Shown here piece by piece: positions 1 to 8,446 of a stretch of DNA of 64,000 nucleotides. Made by a program: the position numbers and the translations under genes. The stretch's first letter is position 1, and the number at the start of each line of letters is the position of its first letter. The stretch is from IMG/VR virus record IMGVR_UViG_3300020048_000015, positions 32,001 to 96,000 of that record; one strand, written 5' to 3'. The notes under the pieces are model-generated. The model had not been told where the DNA came from and did not search any database. It worked only from the letters and a program-made list of their open reading frames with translations. This DNA is from a virus.

Positions 1-28
1 TGGTTAGATTATAAAAGAAAAACAAGAC

Positions 29-292
29 TTAAATAAACTTAATTACCTTTAAATGTAATTCACCAGTTCCTTTTATTATTCTATGATAAACACCTTTTGG
101 AATGAATATATCACTATTTATATTAATTGGTAATTCATTATCAATTTGAAATAACCAATCAGATTCATAAATTGAAACTATTAATCTATCTTCCCTATCA
201 CGATGCCAGAGCAAAAGATTTTCTGGTGTATCTTCACTAAAAGTTCTAATAAAAGCATCATTTACTTTTTCTTCTTTAAATGGTAGTATCAT
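29..292 (-). CDS. Small cupin-like protein
   Basis: LLWHRDRED and IFIPKGVYHRIIKG resemble the two cupin His motifs. Confidence 0.5.
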   Translation of the reverse strand: MILPFKEEKVNDAFIRTFSEDTPENLLLWHRDREDRLIVSIYESDWLFQIDNELPININSDIFIPKGVYHRIIKGTGELHLKVIKFI

Positions 293-297
293 ATATT

Positions 298-747
298 TTA
301 AATATTATTTTTCCAAATAGGCATCACATCTACATTTGAAGGAACTTTATAATCTTTTGAATATATTTGAATTTCCGGAATAATGTATTCGGATTTAATA
401 GAATGTTTAGTTCTACTTTTTAAATTTTCTATACAAGCATTTGGATTATTTTCAAACCATATTTCTTCCAAAATATAGTCTTTATGTTCGTATAATTTAT
501 TTATTAATTTATTATAAAACCCATTAAATTTCAAATACTCTTCAAAATATGGGGAAGTTAAAATTATATCTGAACCAGCATTTAAAAGACTATCAATTTT
601 ATCAAATGATGCAATATCATCTAATATTTCATATTGGTTATCAATATTCATAATTTTAGCAAGATGGCTTTTTCCTGATCCAGGAAGTCCATGAATCCAA
701 ATAAAATGTTTATCAGAAAAGTCTTCAAAAAGTCTTAAATATTTCAT
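298..747 (-). CDS. P-loop kinase (AAA_33/Pnk-kinase-like) with N-terminal leader
   Basis: Walker A GLPGSGKS, EILDDI; starts MKYLRLFEDF. Confidence 0.65.
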   Translation of the reverse strand: MKYLRLFEDFSDKHFIWIHGLPGSGKSHLAKIMNIDNQYEILDDIASFDKIDSLLNAGSDIILTSPYFEEYLKFNGFYNKLINKLYEHKDYILEEIWFENNPNACIENLKSRTKHSIKSEYIIPEIQIYSKDYKVPSNVDVMPIWKNNI

Positions 748-789
748 TATTTTATTTTTCTGTGTATTTTTTTATTATAAATTTATTAA

Positions 790-1368
790 TCACCAATATC
801 CAGGATATGTCTTTCCGGAAAATAAGTGACCAAATTTAGTTAGTCTACATGACCAATATGAAGCAGTGAGCTTATCAGATGGTTTCCATGACCTATCACA
901 TTTGTGCCTTGCTGAAAATGCCTTTCTTGCTTTAGGATTACTTATTTTAGCAGTTAACCCACCTTTAACATCACCAAAGTTAACACATTTTATATTGCCT
1001 GTTTTTGGATTCTTTACGTAGACTTTATATTTCTTTGGCCCGGAACTACGCATTGGATGGTTTAAGTCAACTTCTTTTCCTTTATATTCAGCTTCATTTA
1101 ATTCATAAATATTTTCTAATGGTAAATCTAATGGAACTAATTCACCCTCAAATAAATCAAATTTACCAATATCACTTGATTCATATAATTCTTTATCCAA
1201 CTCACACAAATTTATTTTACCCAATTCAAATAATTCCCTACCTTCTTTTATAATATCAAAAAATGCTTTGGATCCAGGTCTATAAACATTTTCAGTTATT
1301 GGTTTATCATTTTGGAGATGATATTTAATAGATTCAGAATATTCATTAAAAAATTGTATATATTTCAT
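790..1368 (-). CDS. Conserved phage protein, basic C-terminal domain
   Basis: Likely start MKYIQFFNEY at 1368; C-terminal KCVNFGD...ARKAFSARHKC...TASYWSC. Confidence 0.6.
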   Translation of the reverse strand: MKYIQFFNEYSESIKYHLQNDKPITENVYRPGSKAFFDIIKEGRELFELGKINLCELDKELYESSDIGKFDLFEGELVPLDLPLENIYELNEAEYKGKEVDLNHPMRSSGPKKYKVYVKNPKTGNIKCVNFGDVKGGLTAKISNPKARKAFSARHKCDRSWKPSDKLTASYWSCRLTKFGHLFSGKTYPGYW

Positions 1369-1373
1369 AAATA

Positions 1374-1419
1374 AAAAAAGAGATTTCATTTATATATTAA
1401 TAAATGAAATCTCTTTTTT
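1374..1419. terminator. 19-bp perfect hairpin with A/T tracts
   Basis: Arms 1374-1392 and 1401-1419 are exact reverse complements. Confidence 0.65.
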
Positions 1420-1420
1420 A

Positions 1421-1720
1421 CTACAAATCAACATAAATATAAATGATTTTACCTTTATCATTTATAAACCTTTTATACTTTATTTTACCATTCATATAAT
1501 CAACTTGACCCTTTTTATAAGCTTCTTGATATATAGAATCAATATTTACTGGTTTATTATCTACAATGGTATTCTTAATTGAATTATAATCAAAAATATA
1601 TAAACCAACCACACCTATTATAACACCAATTAAACTAAAATATGTTGGTTTTATATCACCAGCCAAAGCATTTATAAAAAATGATATAGTAGATATTAAA
1701 ATTATAAAAATAAAAATCAT
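1421..1720 (-). CDS. Small membrane protein
   Basis: Two hydrophobic N-terminal segments. Confidence 0.55.
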   Translation of the reverse strand: MIFIFIILISTISFFINALAGDIKPTYFSLIGVIIGVVGLYIFDYNSIKNTIVDNKPVNIDSIYQEAYKKGQVDYMNGKIKYKRFINDKGKIIYIYVDL

Positions 1721-1722
1721 AT

Positions 1723-2151
1723 CTATTTAATTGCAAATTTAGATTTTATCTGATCAAGTGAATGAACAATCTGACTCATTATTTGGTCTTCAAATTCTTG
1801 TCTGATTATTTCAACCTTACCATCATACATTTTTATCAAACGTTCCCAATTTCTATCAGAAACAACAACATCATAATGATATACGTGATTCGTTATACTA
1901 AGCTTGTGGTTTTGAATAACCACAAACAAATCAAGTGTATCATTTTTAATATACCTTTTACCAGAAACAGGTGCTATAAGAAATTCAGAATCCGGATGTG
2001 TAATCATTGATCTTGTGATAGACATACAAATCTTCTGTGTCCTTGAAATTTCAACTTCTTCAAGGGATGAATTTCTTTGATTTAAATTTCGGTATTTAAC
2101 ATATAGTCTTTTAGACCATCTTTTAAAGAAAGATTTTATTCTTTTAAACAT
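1723..2151 (-). CDS. Hypothetical protein
   Basis: ORF; start MFKRIKSFFK preferred over the upstream TTG. Confidence 0.6.
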   Translation of the reverse strand: MFKRIKSFFKRWSKRLYVKYRNLNQRNSSLEEVEISRTQKICMSITRSMITHPDSEFLIAPVSGKRYIKNDTLDLFVVIQNHKLSITNHVYHYDVVVSDRNWERLIKMYDGKVEIIRQEFEDQIMSQIVHSLDQIKSKFAIK

Positions 2152-2305
2152 ATTAATTTTTAAATTTTTGGGTAAAATTATTTTATATCTTCTTTTAATA
2201 TTTGTTGACAGTATGAAATAAATCTTTACGTTCAATTGGAACGTTTTTATCCCATTTTATATGTGCTTTTATAGCAATATCCAATGCTTCTGTAATAGAA
2301 AAAAA

Positions 2306-2620
2306 TTAATATGTGTCCACTTTATATAGTTTTACATTTTTCATTTCTTCTGACAATATATAATTAATTTCTCCGACAATATTAGATTTTGGATCCTTGC
2401 CACCAGAACGTAATTTTATAGAATCATCAAATGTTACATAAACACCTATTTTATTCCCAGAATCATGTCCACTTTCATCCTCTACTATTACACAATCTTT
2501 ACCATAGTGAAATTTTAAAGCATTCACAGCATCTAAAACTTCATCTATACTATTGCCTATTAGTTCATATTTACTTTGTAAGTAATTTTCAAATAAATTA
2601 ATGTGTTTTAACTTTTTCAT
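2306..2620 (-). CDS. Hypothetical protein with N-terminal leader
   Basis: Starts MKKLKHINLFENY. Confidence 0.65.
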   Translation of the reverse strand: MKKLKHINLFENYLQSKYELIGNSIDEVLDAVNALKFHYGKDCVIVEDESGHDSGNKIGVYVTFDDSIKLRSGGKDPKSNIVGEINYILSEEMKNVKLYKVDTY

Positions 2621-2657
2621 AATATGTTTATTTAAATTTTAGGGTAAAATTTTAATA

Positions 2658-3338
2658 CTAAGCAAAAAGCATATATTCAGCAGTTTCTTTCCAAGATGCA
2701 GGGAAAGCTTTGATGATTTTAGAAACCATAATCAAAGTTCTGATATTAAGATTTGCGCTATCTTTATTTTCAGAAAGAAAAGACAAAGCATCTTTTTTGA
2801 TTTTCATATCAAAATCAGGCAGAATCTTTTCAAGAACAAATTTCATTCTATCAATTTTTTCGTCACCACTCATCGTAAGATCAACAGTCAAACTTCTTGA
2901 CAAAATAGCTGCATCAATTTTATTTTTACTTTTGTTGGAAATAAAAATGATACGACCAGTAAAGTCAAACTGTTGTGGGTATTGATCACTTTTAGTCATT
3001 TTTGCCATCCAAGAAATAGTTCTTTTTTCATAAGAATCCAATGCTGACTTAAGAATGTTAAGTGCAACCTTATCTTCCAAGATGGAATCACAGTCATCAA
3101 ATATAATCAATTTACCATTGTTTTCATATAGAGTGTTATACAAACCACGAGCAGTTGAATACCCTTTGAAGAAGATATAATCATCTGATGTCATATCATT
3201 GTCTTCAATTGTGCTTGTAACTGATTGTGTTTTACCCATTCCTGGATCACCAGTAACCAAAAGAGATGGTGTAAGGTTAGCAACAACCATTGTAGTCAAG
3301 TTATTAAGAATGTCAAATTTTTGATTGATATTAAACAT
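2658..3338 (-). CDS. AAA+-like P-loop ATPase
   Basis: Walker A GDPGMGKT, Walker B LIIFDDCD, IIFISN, arginine finger SRS. Confidence 0.8.
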   Translation of the reverse strand: MFNINQKFDILNNLTTMVVANLTPSLLVTGDPGMGKTQSVTSTIEDNDMTSDDYIFFKGYSTARGLYNTLYENNGKLIIFDDCDSILEDKVALNILKSALDSYEKRTISWMAKMTKSDQYPQQFDFTGRIIFISNKSKNKIDAAILSRSLTVDLTMSGDEKIDRMKFVLEKILPDFDMKIKKDALSFLSENKDSANLNIRTLIMVSKIIKAFPASWKETAEYMLFA

Positions 3339-3365
3339 AGTGTTTAGTTTTTAGTGGTGATTGAT

Positions 3366-3498
3366 TTGTTGATACAAAGATAAGAACTATATTTCATAAA
3401 AACAAATTTATTTTTGAATATATTAAAAATAAAATATAGTTCTTATCCCTTGTTGTTGATACAAAGATAAGAACTATATTTCATAAAAACAAATTTAT
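3366..3498 (-). promoter_or_regulatory. Duplicated Bacteroidota sigma70-type promoter (two 46-bp direct repeats)
   Basis: 3366-3411 = 3453-3498; minus strand reads TTTG-N20-TATCTTTG, matching the TTTG/TAnnTTTG consensus. Confidence 0.7.
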
Positions 3499-3530
3499 AG
3501 TCATTTTTTAATAAAATTAATACTAACAGA

Positions 3531-4322
3531 CTAATTATAGTCTACCCAATTTTCAAAGGCATTCATAAAATATGACATATCAAAATCCTTTAATTCTTCC
3601 TGACAATTTTTAAAAACACCGGATTTACAGAAATAATTTAATGACTTTGTTATATTAATAGCATCTTCAACATTCATATGTTGTGATAAGCCTAATGTTT
3701 TGTTGTTTAATTTATCGTTTAACTCATTTCTCAACAAATTTATTTTAACTTCATATTCACTTACAACTTCCTTACTAAAGAATAAATCTTTCATAATAAA
3801 AATCAATTCGTTATTAATTAATCTAAAATTAAATTTCTTATTAATCATATCAAGTGAATAAAGAAATCCCCTTATTATATGCCCTAATCTTTTCTTTTTT
3901 AATTCATCAGATGCTTTTGATAAGTGTTTTAAATCTCTTTTAGCCAATCCTAAATAACTTCTTATTACAGTATATGTAATAAAACTATCTTTATAAGATG
4001 ATAACCATTCTAAATTTGTATCAATCAATGAATCAGATTGAATAACTTCAAAATTTATAGTTGAATCACCATTTATAGTATTTCTTATAAAAGTGTGCAA
4101 AGAAACAAAATTATGATCAACACCATCTTCTTTATATTGTAATTGGTGATTACTTACAATAGCTGATGTCAATTCGTTTTCTGATGTTGCATAGATATAA
4201 AGAAAATCTTTATCAGACTTTTCATTGTTTGTACCATACATATGACTACCAACCAATACTTTAGCAATGGTCGCTCTTTTTAACTTATCAAATAAGTCCT
4301 TATCATCAAAATGTATATTCAT
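3531..4322 (-). CDS. Pol-beta-superfamily nucleotidyltransferase (RlaP-like)
   Basis: VGSHMYGTNNEKSDKDF signature (GS..YG...SDxD). Confidence 0.75.
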   Translation of the reverse strand: MNIHFDDKDLFDKLKRATIAKVLVGSHMYGTNNEKSDKDFLYIYATSENELTSAIVSNHQLQYKEDGVDHNFVSLHTFIRNTINGDSTINFEVIQSDSLIDTNLEWLSSYKDSFITYTVIRSYLGLAKRDLKHLSKASDELKKKRLGHIIRGFLYSLDMINKKFNFRLINNELIFIMKDLFFSKEVVSEYEVKINLLRNELNDKLNNKTLGLSQHMNVEDAINITKSLNYFCKSGVFKNCQEELKDFDMSYFMNAFENWVDYN

Positions 4323-4453
4323 AATATTATTTTATTTGCCTTATTGAATGTTTGTGTATTTTTTAAAATACTTTTTTAAAAAAATAATCTTTATCTTATA
4401 TATCAAAAAATAAAATATTTTTTTTAATATATAATAAAAAAAGAATATTTATT

Positions 4454-4759
4454 ATGAAATTTATTAGAACCTTTGAAAGTTACGAACTTAATTCCACTTG
4501 TCCATCAAGAGAAGAAATGATTTCTCACCTATATGTATGTGGTTACAACGAATCTGAGTGTGGTGAAATGTCTATGGATGAGCTTGAAATGCACTATAAT
4601 AAAGAGGTTGGTGGAATGACATATGAAGCTAGAAAAAATAAAAAAGTAGCGAAAAAAGCAAGACCAGATTTTTTAGACTTAGATAAAGATGGTAACAAAA
4701 AAGAATCTATGAAAAAAGCAAGCAAAGATTCAAAAGAAGTCCAGGGGAGAAAAAAATAA
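4454..4759 (+). CDS. Small protein with leader and DxDxDG motif
   Basis: MKFIRTFESY; PDFLDLDKDGNKKESMKK. Confidence 0.65.
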   Translation: MKFIRTFESYELNSTCPSREEMISHLYVCGYNESECGEMSMDELEMHYNKEVGGMTYEARKNKKVAKKARPDFLDLDKDGNKKESMKKASKDSKEVQGRKK

Positions 4760-4790
4760 GACTTTAATTTATATATAAAAATAAAAAAAT

Positions 4791-5228
4791 ATGAGAAAAT
4801 TTAAATATATTAAATCATTTTTGGAATCAAGCCGAAGAACAGATATAGGTCGCCAAATCGAGCCTTCAACATTTAATGACATATATGATAGTCTTAAAGG
4901 TGAAGCATATTTTAAATTTGAAAATTATGAAACTTGGTCAACAGCATATCAAGATGATATAATTGAAGATGATGCAACTAATAGAATATTAGATAAATTA
5001 ACACCATCTGAGACATTTAATTCGTATGAAGAATGGAAAAATTCAAAGTGGTATAAACTAACAGAATTTCCGTTTTCCGAAAAAGATTGGACAATGGCTA
5101 GTGTAGATGACCAGAAACCTATAAAGTGGCAATCAACTGGTCATAAGTTACAAGCAGAGTTAATTTTTAATAGTTATTTAAAAAAATTCGGAAAATTTAT
5201 AGTTGTAGATTTAACTGATAAGGTATAA
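4791..5228 (+). CDS. Hypothetical protein with leader
   Basis: MRKFKYIKSFLES. Confidence 0.65.
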   Translation: MRKFKYIKSFLESSRRTDIGRQIEPSTFNDIYDSLKGEAYFKFENYETWSTAYQDDIIEDDATNRILDKLTPSETFNSYEEWKNSKWYKLTEFPFSEKDWTMASVDDQKPIKWQSTGHKLQAELIFNSYLKKFGKFIVVDLTDKV

Positions 5229-5229
5229 T

Positions 5230-5340
5230 TCTAAAGCTGATGATAAAAAAAATCAATCTCAAGCGCAAGGTAAACTAAGCGATGGTCAAAAAAAACTTCC
5301 ACCTGCTTTACAAAAAGCTATTATGGTTAATAAAAAATAA
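5230..5340 (+). pseudogene. Start-less ORF remnant SKADDKK...GKLSDGQKKLPPALQKAIMVNKK
   Basis: 37 open codons ending TAA, with protein-like composition and no start codon. Confidence 0.5.
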
Positions 5341-5367
5341 GATTCGTCAGAAAGGAATTTTTTAATG

Positions 5368-5481
5368 TTGATCAAAGTATACACCATCTAGAAACCACAC
5401 CTTTACGTTCTGATAAGAATTCAAAGTCATATAAGTCTGATAAAGAAAATCTTTATCAGACTTTTCATTGTTTGTACCATA
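5368..5481. repeat. Intergenic mosaic of copies of two nearby genes plus a 13-bp hairpin
   Basis: 5368-5434 resembles 6455-6535 with a ~14-nt deletion; 5441-5481 = 4198-4238 exactly. Confidence 0.8.
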
Positions 5482-5506
5482 TATTATTAATTTAATTTAT
5501 TAAATA

Positions 5507-5767
5507 TTACTTACTTTCTTTTATAAAAAAAATACCTTCTTTAAATCCTAAACTGGACTTTTCGTGGAATTCATATGTTTCAGGAAATTCATCAGAACGC
5601 ATTGGTCTTGTTAGATACCAAATTTCAGTTTCTTTCCAAGTTATATTTACCAATTTTTTACCTTTAGGCAATTCAAATGTTGCTGTTCCACCAAAATTCT
5701 TAACACGATCATTTTCATTACATGACATAAAAACAGTTAAGAGTAATAAAATAAATAATCTTTTCAT
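5507..5767 (-). CDS. Predicted lipoprotein
   Basis: Signal peptide MKRLFILLLLTVFMSC with lipobox Cys. Confidence 0.65.
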   Translation of the reverse strand: MKRLFILLLLTVFMSCNENDRVKNFGGTATFELPKGKKLVNITWKETEIWYLTRPMRSDEFPETYEFHEKSSLGFKEGIFFIKESK

Positions 5768-5774
5768 ATTTTTT

Positions 5775-6044
5775 TTAGTTTTTTATAAAACAAGAAAACC
5801 TACCATTTACGTAGTCTTTGAACCATTTTTCTAAACTTGAAATTTTTTTCAAAAAATTTTCAAGTTTTTCTAAATCAAAGTTCAATTCAATATCATCCAA
5901 TAAAGCGTTAAAATAAGCTCTATCACTTAGAGAAAGTTTTTCTTCTTTAGAAGTTGATTTTATCAAAAAATCAATCTTTGATTGATTTTTTTTAAAAAAT
6001 TTAGTTCGTTCTTCAATTGAACGACAAGATATAGTTTTTTTCAT
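5775..6044 (-). CDS. Hypothetical protein
   Basis: ORF in a co-oriented run. Confidence 0.55.
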   Translation of the reverse strand: MKKTISCRSIEERTKFFKKNQSKIDFLIKSTSKEEKLSLSDRAYFNALLDDIELNFDLEKLENFLKKISSLEKWFKDYVNGRFSCFIKN

Positions 6045-6056
6045 TTATTAAATTTT

Positions 6057-6338
6057 TTAATATTCATCACAAAATCTATCACCATCAAGTTCTTCAAATA
6101 AGTTCTTGGCATTTTCGCATAAAACTTCAATAACTTCTTCATTTTCAGATAAAAATAGTTCAATATCACTATTTTCAGATTCAGTAAAATCAGATTTGTT
6201 CCAATCTATATCACCACAGTGAACGAATTTACCTTTAGATGCACCGGATTCTACCAATGAAAAATCCATAGCATTTGCTATAAATTCTACAAACAATGTT
6301 TCAACAGTATTTTTTATGGAAAATTTTGCAGTTATCAT
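6057..6338 (-). CDS. Small acidic protein, paralog of 46492..46749
   Basis: Shared VEFxANxxDFSxxESGxxKGKxVxxGDIxW motif. Confidence 0.7.
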   Translation of the reverse strand: MITAKFSIKNTVETLFVEFIANAMDFSLVESGASKGKFVHCGDIDWNKSDFTESENSDIELFLSENEEVIEVLCENAKNLFEELDGDRFCDEY

Positions 6339-6363
6339 AGTTATAGTTGGTTTAGATAAGTTA

Positions 6364-6400
6364 TATATGTATAACCAATATTATTGGCAGAAAGTTCAAA
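6364..6400 (-). promoter_or_regulatory. Candidate promoter GAACTTT-N15-GTTATA with internal CCAAT-N3-ATTGG palindrome
   Basis: Near-identical copies at 6709-6746 and 7406-7444, each just upstream of a gene start. Confidence 0.65.
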
Positions 6401-6406
6401 AAACTA

Positions 6407-6694
6407 TTATAATTTTGTATATAATCCGGTCACACTTGTGAAAACTTCTTGTAATTGATCAAAGTATACACCTTCTACCAAACGTTTTGTAGAAATCACC
6501 CCTTTACGTTCTGATAAGAATTCAAGGTCATATAAATCATTACAATTTAGAGTAATTTTCAACCATTTTGCACCAACAACATTTCTCCTTAGAGTCATTC
6601 TAAGCCAATTTTCGTGTTTTACAAATGTATGACTTCCTGTCATTGCGATAAATTTATTACCACCCAATTGCTGCAATATAGTTTGTGCTATCAT
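6407..6694 (-). CDS. Conserved small phage protein
   Basis: TILQQLGGNKFIAMTG N-terminus; own promoter copy. Confidence 0.7.
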   Translation of the reverse strand: MIAQTILQQLGGNKFIAMTGSHTFVKHENWLRMTLRRNVVGAKWLKITLNCNDLYDLEFLSERKGVISTKRLVEGVYFDQLQEVFTSVTGLYTKL

Positions 6695-6708
6695 TTTTTT
6701 ATGATTTT

Positions 6709-6746
6709 ATATATGTATAACCAATCTTATTGGCAGAAAGTTCAAA
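6709..6746 (-). promoter_or_regulatory. Candidate promoter GAACTTT-N15-GTTATA, copy 2
   Basis: aaagttc 6737-6743, tataac 6716-6721. Confidence 0.65.
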
Positions 6747-6754
6747 AAAAAAAA

Positions 6755-7201
6755 TTAATAACCATCATTATAATTTAAATCATATGTAATGTAATTCCAC
6801 ATATTTTCTTTAATATAAATTTCAACTTTTCCCTTAAAAGTTTTTTCAAGATTAGCTTTTAATTCATTTACTAAATGTCCACCACGTCCAATAAAAATAC
6901 CTGGTCGGTTCAAAACCATTGTAACATTTACAACATCGCCTTCTTTTAAAGCTGATACAAAAATAATATCTTTACAAGAAACACCACCTAATTTTTTTGA
7001 ATAAAATGTAGCAACATCATATGACGCTTTTATATTCAAAGAATTATATTCATTATCAGGAAACAAATTATCCAACTTAGATAAATCCTCCAATAATTCT
7101 TCTGTAACAGAAGGTAAAAAATTTAATTCTTTTGACTTATTTAAATAAAGCGAAAGTCTTTCTTTTAAAGACCGAACAAAATTATAATCCTGCTTATTCA
7201 T
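6755..7201 (-). CDS. KH-domain protein (ribosomal protein S3-like type II KH)
   Basis: LNRPGIFIGRGGHLVNELK matches the RPGxxIGxxG KH loop of S3. Confidence 0.6.
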   Translation of the reverse strand: MNKQDYNFVRSLKERLSLYLNKSKELNFLPSVTEELLEDLSKLDNLFPDNEYNSLNIKASYDVATFYSKKLGGVSCKDIIFVSALKEGDVVNVTMVLNRPGIFIGRGGHLVNELKANLEKTFKGKVEIYIKENMWNYITYDLNYNDGY

Positions 7202-7222
7202 TTTTATCTATTTATTTTATGA

Positions 7223-7384
7223 TTAATTATATTTTGCTTTTCTATTGTAAGTTTTTGAACTTTTATGGACTTTATTAACAGAAGCGAATCCATGTGGATT
7301 CTTTTCAAGATAAACTTCTCTTGCACCACTTCCGCAAGCATCAACTAATATTTGTGTTTTAGACTTCTTATTGAAAGTTTTCAT
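7223..7384 (-). CDS. 53-aa basic protein absent from the ORF track
   Basis: MKTFNKKSK...VHKSSKTYNRKAKYN; promoter copy directly upstream. Confidence 0.6.
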   Translation of the reverse strand: MKTFNKKSKTQILVDACGSGAREVYLEKNPHGFASVNKVHKSSKTYNRKAKYN

Positions 7385-7405
7385 AGTATTTGTATGTTTG
7401 AATGT

Positions 7406-7444
7406 TATATAGGTATAACCAATCTTGTTGGCTGAAAGTTCAAA
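7406..7444 (-). promoter_or_regulatory. Candidate promoter GAACTTT-N15-GTTATA, copy 3
   Basis: aaagttc 7435-7441, tataac 7414-7419. Confidence 0.65.
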
Positions 7445-7468
7445 AGAAGAATAGAATTTTTAAAAATT

Positions 7469-7690
7469 CTATTCTTCTAATAAATTTTCTATTTTATAAT
7501 CTCGCCAATCTTCTAATGACATAAAATTATATTTTGGAATTCCCATACAGCAATCACCAAAGTAAACCCAACAATAAAAGTAGTTATTATCATATAAGTT
7601 ATTAACATAGATTTCAACATCATATGTTTTGCCAACTATTATTGGATAATTTGCAGCATCTCTACAAATTAATTTAAGTTTTACTATCAT
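7469..7690 (-). CDS. Small protein with C-terminal RxxKIxxLL tag
   Basis: Ends SLEDWRDYKIENLLEE. Confidence 0.6.
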   Translation of the reverse strand: MIVKLKLICRDAANYPIIVGKTYDVEIYVNNLYDNNYFYCWVYFGDCCMGIPKYNFMSLEDWRDYKIENLLEE

Positions 7691-7714
7691 TCATTATATA
7701 TCATTTTTCTACCA

Positions 7715-8236
7715 TTACATCTCAATAAAACCAAATGAATCATCAAGTTTTCCAGACATCATATTATCTAAATACTCCCACATACTTGCAGAAACACGAT
7801 CTGGTTGATAAATAGCATTTCTAAATTCCTTGTATTCCTTTTTATACATATCTTTCAGTCCACCATGTTCAACATTTGCAATTCTATCTGCCAATTTTAT
7901 TACAATAGCATCTTGATTCTGTGCTAATTTAGGATATGTCTTAGACTTTCTTTCCTTTCTATTACGTCCTAACTCATCAGTTACACAATAAACCATTTCT
8001 GCAACTTCATTACCAAAATGTTTTTCAATTTTACCATAACTTAATGCGCCATCTTCAATTGTATCATGTAGATAACCTGCTACAATATATTTTCCACCAA
8101 AACCAAATCTTTTTAAGACTGAAATAACATCATCAAGGTGTTTTTCATACGGGAAAATTTCATCATATACTTGATTTCCGTGTGCTCTTATTGCTACCAA
8201 TCTGGATTCTCGAATGTTTTTTTCTGTGTAAATCAT
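7715..8236 (-). CDS. HD-domain hydrolase, SpoT/Mesh1 (small alarmone hydrolase)-like
   Basis: AHGNQ, PYxxHL, YLHDTIED, KLADRIANV. Confidence 0.8.
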   Translation of the reverse strand: MIYTEKNIRESRLVAIRAHGNQVYDEIFPYEKHLDDVISVLKRFGFGGKYIVAGYLHDTIEDGALSYGKIEKHFGNEVAEMVYCVTDELGRNRKERKSKTYPKLAQNQDAIVIKLADRIANVEHGGLKDMYKKEYKEFRNAIYQPDRVSASMWEYLDNMMSGKLDDSFGFIEM

Positions 8237-8251
8237 AATTTTTGATTTTAA

Positions 8252-8446
8252 TTATTCTAAAATTTTTTTAATTCTATTTTCCCGATATTCTTCTATTGTT
8301 TCAAAATAAAATTCCATAATAGATTTTGATATTTTCGTTATATATGAATCTTCAAGATATACATTATAATTACCATTTGTATCTTCTACAAAAATATATT
8401 CACTTCCAATAAAAAATGGATTCTTTTTACCTATCATCCTCATCAA
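8252..8446 (-). CDS. Small protein with C-terminal tag
   Basis: Ends TIEEYRENRIKKILE. Confidence 0.6.
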   Translation of the reverse strand: MMRMIGKKNPFFIGSEYIFVEDTNGNYNVYLEDSYITKISKSIMEFYFETIEEYRENRIKKILE

